A stretch of DNA of 64,000 nucleotides from Candidatus Hecatella orcuttiae (GTDB taxonomy: Archaea; Thermoproteota; Bathyarchaeia; Hecatellales; Hecatellaceae), in NCBI GenBank assembly GCA_002011035.2, contig MTLY02000003.1, forward strand, positions 608,001 to 672,000, given 5' to 3'. The first letter of the stretch is position 1. Each line of letters opens with the position of its first letter. The position numbers and the translations under genes are program-made. Of the stretch, positions 59,166 to 64,000 are shown one piece after another. The notes under the pieces were generated by a model. That model did no database searches and was not told where the DNA came from. It was given only the letters and a program-made list of their open reading frames with translations.

Positions 59166-60098
59166 ATGAAACTGATCGTGGGAACTAGGGGAAGCAAGCT
59201 GTCCCTCATCCAAACAGACTCTGTAGTGCAGAAGCTCACCGAGGCTCTCCCAGACTTGAAGGTTGAAACCAAGGTCATCAAGACGACTGGGGACAAGTTT
59301 TCCCGCAGGCCTCTGCTAGCCATCAAGGAGAAGGGAATCTTCGAAAAAGAAATCGACATGGCCGTCCTCCGGGGTGAAGCTGACTTCGCCGTCCACAGCC
59401 TAAAGGACGTCCCCACCGAGCTGCCTCAAGGGCTGACCCTCGCCGCTGTTCCGGAGAGAGAGTCCCCCTACGATGTTCTTGTTTCCCGGGGAAACCTAGG
59501 CTTGGAAAACCTACCCCCAGGCGCCGTGGTGGGCACGGGAAGCCCTAGGAGGTCAGCTCAACTCCACGCCCTCAGACCAGACCTCCAGGTGAAGCCTATC
59601 CGAGGCAATGTAGACACAAGGGTTAGAAAGGTGAAACAGGGACTCTTCGATGCGGTCATACTGGCGGAAGCCGGGTTGAGGAGGTTGAGCATGGGCTCTC
59701 TCGCAACCAAACGTCTGCCCCCGGACCGTTTCACCCCAGCGCCAGGGCAGGGCGCCTTGGCAGTGGTTTCAAGAGAAGACGACGGGGAGGTCTTAAAAAT
59801 TCTAAGCCGCGTGGACCATTCTCCCTCTAGGGCGGAGGTCCTAGCTGAAAGAGTCTTTGTCAGGGAAATGGGCGGGGGATGTAAGGTTCCCCTCGGAGCC
59901 CTCGCTTGTGTGCAGGGACGTCGACTGCTCCTCCATGCGGCTGTATTTTCGCCTGATGGAAAGATATGCCTTCAGACTTGGGAGGTGGGAAGCGTGAAGT
60001 CGCCTGAAGAAGCCGGGGTGAAACTGGCTCGAAGGATGAGGAGGCAGGGAGCCGGGGAACTCATCCAACATTGGAGGGCCCTCTATGAAAAAAGGTAA
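59166..60098 (+). CDS. hemC: Hydroxymethylbilane synthase
   Basis: GTRGSKL, TTGD, VHSLKD.P, RGNVDTR, PAPGQG, GGCKVP. Confidence 0.96.
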   Translation: MKLIVGTRGSKLSLIQTDSVVQKLTEALPDLKVETKVIKTTGDKFSRRPLLAIKEKGIFEKEIDMAVLRGEADFAVHSLKDVPTELPQGLTLAAVPERESPYDVLVSRGNLGLENLPPGAVVGTGSPRRSAQLHALRPDLQVKPIRGNVDTRVRKVKQGLFDAVILAEAGLRRLSMGSLATKRLPPDRFTPAPGQGALAVVSREDDGEVLKILSRVDHSPSRAEVLAERVFVREMGGGCKVPLGALACVQGRRLLLHAAVFSPDGKICLQTWEVGSVKSPEEAGVKLARRMRRQGAGELIQHWRALYEKR

Positions 60099-60834
60099 GG
60101 TCTTCCTCGTGGGAGCTGGACCCGGGGACCCGGAGCTCCTGACGCTTAAAGCTTTGAAGATCCTGAAAAAGGCAGACGTCGTCGTCTACGACCGGCTGAT
60201 CGCCAGAGCGTCCCTTAAATTAGCCCCTAGAAAGGCTAAGAAGATCTACGTTGGCAAGGCTCACGGAAGCCACACCATACCCCAGGAAGCCATCCACAAA
60301 ATCCTAGTGGAGGAAGCCTCTGAGGGGAAAACCGTGGTCAGGCTGAAGGGGGGAGACCCCTTCCTCTTCGGCCGTGGAGGGGAGGAGGCTCAGGAGCTCC
60401 GCAGAGCCAAGATTCCCTTCGAAGTTGTGCCGGGGGTAACCTCAGCCCTAGCCGTGCCGGCCTACGCTGGAATTCCCCTCACCCACCGAAACTACGCCTC
60501 CTCCGTGGCCATTGTCACCGGCCATGAGGACCCTAGGAAACGGGAAAGCTGGGTGAAATGGGATAAAATAGCCGCCTCCGTTGACACCATCGTGGTGCTC
60601 ATGGGAGCCAAGAGGCTGGGTGAAATTGTCAAAAGCCTCCTAGAGGGAGGGCGAAGCCCGCAGACCCCTGTGGTCCTCATCGAGGAAGGCACCACAAAAC
60701 GGCAGAGAAAAACCCTGGGGACACTGGGAGACATCGTGAAGAAGGCCTCCCGGAGAAAGGTTAAGCCCCCCGCCGTCATCGTCGTCGGGGACATAGTTCA
60801 CCTGCACAAGGAGCTTTCTTGGTTTAAGCCGTGA
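60085..60834 (+). CDS. cobA: Uroporphyrinogen-III C-methyltransferase (SUMT)
   Basis: VGAGPGDPELLT, RLKGGDPF.FGRGGEE, PGVTSA, TGHE. Confidence 0.95.
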   Translation: MKKGKVFLVGAGPGDPELLTLKALKILKKADVVVYDRLIARASLKLAPRKAKKIYVGKAHGSHTIPQEAIHKILVEEASEGKTVVRLKGGDPFLFGRGGEEAQELRRAKIPFEVVPGVTSALAVPAYAGIPLTHRNYASSVAIVTGHEDPRKRESWVKWDKIAASVDTIVVLMGAKRLGEIVKSLLEGGRSPQTPVVLIEEGTTKRQRKTLGTLGDIVKKASRRKVKPPAVIVVGDIVHLHKELSWFKP

Positions 60835-60840
60835 ACTCCC

Positions 60841-61749
60841 ATGGCCCTTAGAGGTAAAACCATCGCCGTCACCAGGCCTGAGGAGCAGGCTCGCGGGATT
60901 TCCAAGCTAATCCGGAAGGAAGGGGGCTGCGTCTACCTAGCTCCCACGGTGGAGATAAAGCCGCCTAAGAGCCTAAGGCGGGCGGAGGCTCTCATCAAGG
61001 CTCTTGTCCAACGCAAGATCGACTACCTCATATTCATGAGCGTCAACGGCGTCCGAGGCCTCTTCGGCATCTCCAAAATTCTGGGGCTGGAAAGGGAGTT
61101 GCGGAAGGCTCTAGGCCGAACTCAGATTGCGGCCATAGGTCCTAAGACCCGGAGCGAGCTGGAAAAGAGAGGCGTCCGGGTGAAGCTTGTTCCCGCCCCC
61201 TATAGCTCTGAAGGGCTCATCCAAGCCTTCAGAAACCTGAGCCTAAAAGGCAAGACTGTGGCGATAGCTCGAACGGAGGACGCCGACTCCTACCTGCGGG
61301 AGGGGATGAAAGGCTTGGGAGCCAAGGTGGTGGAGGTTCCCGTCTACCGGTCGACGCTTCCCTCAGACAGGTCGAGGATGCTTCAGCTCGCCCGAGACCT
61401 CTCTGCGGCTAGGGTTGACGCTGTGACTTTCACCAGCTCCTCCACTGTCGAAAACCTCTTCAAGGTGGCTGCGAAAGCAGGTTTAGCTGGGAAGCTTAAA
61501 AAAGCCCTAGAGAGCTCGGTGACAGTCCTGGCCATTGGGTCGAAAACGCGGGAAACACTGCGGAAGCTTGGAGTTGCCTCGTCTCTGATGCCTGAGAAGT
61601 TCACCGCGGAAGCCATGTTGAAAGCTTACATCGACTTCTTGAAAGGGAGCTCACTTCCGCTCTTCCCTGCTTCAGGGAGGAGGCAGGTTTCCCCTTCCAG
61701 CAACCGTTTTAAAGGCTCTGTTCCTCCCCACCGTGAAAGGGAGGGGTAG
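60841..61749 (+). CDS. hemD: Uroporphyrinogen-III synthase
   Basis: VTRP, FMSVNGV, AIGPKT, VYR, FTSSSTV, IG..T. Confidence 0.9.
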   Translation: MALRGKTIAVTRPEEQARGISKLIRKEGGCVYLAPTVEIKPPKSLRRAEALIKALVQRKIDYLIFMSVNGVRGLFGISKILGLERELRKALGRTQIAAIGPKTRSELEKRGVRVKLVPAPYSSEGLIQAFRNLSLKGKTVAIARTEDADSYLREGMKGLGAKVVEVPVYRSTLPSDRSRMLQLARDLSAARVDAVTFTSSSTVENLFKVAAKAGLAGKLKKALESSVTVLAIGSKTRETLRKLGVASSLMPEKFTAEAMLKAYIDFLKGSSLPLFPASGRRQVSPSSNRFKGSVPPHREREG

Positions 61750-61751
61750 CC

Positions 61752-62843
61752 TTGGCTGAGGTCTACTTTTTCGACTACGGGAAAGGAACCAGCATACTAC
61801 CCGGCCTTGAAAAGCTTTTCTACTCCTCGGGAATGGCGGAGGTGGCCGCCCCCGGAGCTAGGGTTGCCGTAAAGGTTCACATGGGAGAGCGGGGAAACCT
61901 CACCTACCTCAGGCCCCCCATCGTCCGAAAGGTTGTGGAGCTGGTGAAGGCTGTGGGAGGCGTGCCCTTCGTCGCTGATACCACGGTGCTCTACCCCCAG
62001 AAGCGCTTCACAGCCCGAGACTGCTTGGAGACCGCTGCCTACAACGGCTTCACCCCTGAAACCGTTGGCGCCCCTATTGTCATAGCCGACGGGGAAGACG
62101 GCTACCAAGGGGTCTCCGTTGAAGTTGAAAGAACAGTGGACGGATGCAGGCTGAGGGAGGTAAAGGTTGCCTCCGCCTTCCTCGAAGCCGACGCCATGAT
62201 AGTCTTATCCCATGCTAAAGGCCACCTTCTCTCCGGCTTCGGAGGAGCCTTGAAAAACCTAGCCATGGGATGCACCACGAAGCATGGGAAAGCCGCCCAG
62301 CATGCCTCCCACGGCCTAGGGTTCGACGGGTCCAAATGCGACGGTTGCGGGAAATGTGTTGAAGCCTGCGTTTATGCAGCCCTCAGGCTGGAGGGAGGCA
62401 AGGCTGTTCGAGACCTTGAAAAATGTATGCACTGCTGCAACTGCCTCTTTGTGTGTGAGAAGAACGCCTTCTACTGGCCTGAAGGTTGCAGGGATGTCTT
62501 CCAAGTGTACATAGCCCACGCTGCCTACGCGGTTGCGAAAGTCTTCAAGAAAGGCCGAATGGGCTTCCTCAACTTCGTGCAGGACGTTACTTCCCGCTGC
62601 GACTGCTGCACCACCGCGGAGAAGGCTGTCACCCAGGACGTAGGCATCCTTGCCTCCTCCGACCCTGTGGCCGTCGACAAAGCCTCCGTCGACCTGATAG
62701 ACCAAGCGCCTAAGCTGGCTCAGCTTCCCCACGACCCGCCGGACATCCTAGGAAAGATAAACGGAACCAACTCCCTCATCCAGCTGCGCACAGCTCAGAA
62801 ACTGGGACTGGGAAGCCTAAAATACGAGTTGACGACGATTTAA
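61752..62843 (+). CDS. DUF362 family Fe-S protein with 2x[4Fe-4S] ferredoxin insert
   Basis: KVHMGE.GN, IADG, SHAKGH...FGGALKN..MG, CDGCGKC...CMHCCNC, CDC, DPVAVD. Confidence 0.85.
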   Translation: MAEVYFFDYGKGTSILPGLEKLFYSSGMAEVAAPGARVAVKVHMGERGNLTYLRPPIVRKVVELVKAVGGVPFVADTTVLYPQKRFTARDCLETAAYNGFTPETVGAPIVIADGEDGYQGVSVEVERTVDGCRLREVKVASAFLEADAMIVLSHAKGHLLSGFGGALKNLAMGCTTKHGKAAQHASHGLGFDGSKCDGCGKCVEACVYAALRLEGGKAVRDLEKCMHCCNCLFVCEKNAFYWPEGCRDVFQVYIAHAAYAVAKVFKKGRMGFLNFVQDVTSRCDCCTTAEKAVTQDVGILASSDPVAVDKASVDLIDQAPKLAQLPHDPPDILGKINGTNSLIQLRTAQKLGLGSLKYELTTI

Positions 62844-62870
62844 ACAATCAAACCATACGCTGGGTGAGGG

Positions 62871-63290
62871 ATGATGAAGGTGAACAAGGCGGTTATGGAT
62901 TTTTTCAACTTCCCCTGCGCCAAGGGCCGGCCTCCGGTTTGGGTGGCAACCGTCTGCAAGGGGGCTCCGCACGTGGTCCCCGTGTGCTTTGTGAAGCCGC
63001 TAGGGGATGACAGGCTGCTGATAGCAAATGTCTTCATATCCAAAACCGTGAAAAACTTAAAGGAGAACCCTCATGTGGCTGTGGGCGCGTCCAAGAAGGA
63101 CGAAGGCTTCGACGGCTACCTCCTAAAGGGCGCCGCGGAAATAATTGAAGAAGGCCCTGTGTTCGAAGAGTTCCGCAGAAACGTGGAGGAACTGAGCGGA
63201 GGAAAGAGAAAACCCCGCTCAGCCATACTGGTCCGCATAGAAGAGGTTTACTCCCTCCAACCTAGGCTGGGGAAAAAGAAACTTCACTGA
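62871..63290 (+). CDS. Pyridoxamine-5'-phosphate-oxidase-like split-barrel flavoprotein
   Basis: VAT...G.PHVVP, KT..NL.ENP.V, GY.LKG.A, IEEVYS..P. Confidence 0.8.
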   Translation: MMKVNKAVMDFFNFPCAKGRPPVWVATVCKGAPHVVPVCFVKPLGDDRLLIANVFISKTVKNLKENPHVAVGASKKDEGFDGYLLKGAAEIIEEGPVFEEFRRNVEELSGGKRKPRSAILVRIEEVYSLQPRLGKKKLH

Positions 63291-63327
63291 AGGCTCCCTT
63301 CGTTTCAAAAGCCACGGAAGAGGAGTT

Positions 63328-64000
63328 TTAGCTCTTCAAAAATTCCACGACGTTCTCCTTTATTTCCCTAGAACTTAGGGGAACGTTTGGCAGCTCCACG
63401 TTGCCCGGCTTGGCCACGGCGTGGATGAAGTTAGGCCCCTCGCCCAACTCCTCTAAGACCCGGTGAAGCTGGTCTTTGGTGGCTACCTTATAGGTGTTTT
63501 TTATGCCGAACCCCCGGGCGACCAGCTCCAAGTCCGCGTAGCCGTTGGCCGCCGTGGGCTGGTTGCCTGTGGAGCCGTAGACTCCATTGTCGAAAACCAG
63601 TAGGGTGAGGTTTCGGGGGGCGGTCAGCGCGGTGGTGGCTAGGGTGCTGGGGTTCATCAGTATGCTGCCGTCTCCCTCCACCACGACGACTTCCTTCTGG
63701 GTGTTGAGGGCTATGCCTAACCCTACAGCCGAAGCCATCCCCATGCTGCCCAGCATGTAGAAGTTGGATTTCTGATGCTTCAGATGGTAGAGTTCCTTGC
63801 AAGGATAGCCCAAATTGCACACGACGGCTTTTCCCTCCAGATAGGGGACAGCTGCCTCCATGAGCTGAAACCTGGTGAAATGCGGGCGGATTCTCAGGAC
63901 TTTGTGCTGTTGCTCTTCCAGTTCTTTTCTTTCCACGACGATGTTTTCCATTCCGCGCATGTTTTCACCCCAGAGTTTCGGGTTCAGCAAAAAGGCGTGG
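63328..64000 (-). CDS. comE: Sulfopyruvate decarboxylase ComE domain, apparently fused to ComD; 5' part lies beyond the window
   Basis: CNLGYPCKEL, NFYMLGSMG, GDGSILMN, DNGVYGSTGNQPT. The frame stays open to the window edge (…HAFLLNPKLWG…), resembling a ComD C-terminus plus linker. Confidence 0.78.
   Translation of the reverse strand, partial: HAFLLNPKLWGENMRGMENIVVERKELEEQQHKVLRIRPHFTRFQLMEAAVPYLEGKAVVCNLGYPCKELYHLKHQKSNFYMLGSMGMASAVGLGIALNTQKEVVVVEGDGSILMNPSTLATTALTAPRNLTLLVFDNGVYGSTGNQPTAANGYADLELVARGFGIKNTYKVATKDQLHRVLEELGEGPNFIHAVAKPGNVELPNVPLSSREIKENVVEFLKS

Noticed and set aside
1-64000. tRNA, rRNA, IS elements, integrases or a replication origin
   Set aside because: No cloverleaf or T-loop signature in the intergenic gaps, no transposase/integrase ORF, and no cdc6 or ORB repeats were seen. 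Small C/D-box RNAs cannot be excluded by eye.

Overview
A gene-dense, mostly housekeeping segment of an archaeal chromosome. SmAP3-type Lsm, Gins23-MCM-Hel308, B3-type PolB, a thaumarchaeal-style surface protein and many TTG starts suggest a TACK archaeon, most likely Bathyarchaeia-like (inference). In order it holds: an AOR/WOR tungstoenzyme with its Fe-S partner, an Lhr helicase, an S-layer-like repeat protein, a Grs-like B12 radical SAM enzyme, isolated atpA-atpB, GINS-MCM-Hel308, trpB2, AK6, Lsm, leuA/cimA, TBP, signal peptidase and a second Lhr. Then come a Mo/W-cofactor cluster, DtxR-DUF1464-DUF447-mptE, PolB, RimI, pelota, CutA, a site-2 protease, TtuA, a GTPBP1/2-like GTPase, the proteasome-SBDS-exosome operon, thiDN, a complete siroheme-dependent (Ahb) heme cluster and a truncated fused ComDE. 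I saw no tRNA, rRNA, CRISPR array, intein or mobile element, and no clearly new multi-gene system. The best leads are: a PolB whose proofreading motifs are degenerate; a leuA/cimA gene with no in-frame canonical start but an A-AAA-AAT slippery heptamer; a eukaryote-like GTPBP between pelota and the exosome; a candidate tetraether-lipid-modifying radical SAM gene beside a mini S-layer gene; and an uncharacterised kinase/flavoprotein pair beside mptE. All family calls come from motif recognition, not database searches.
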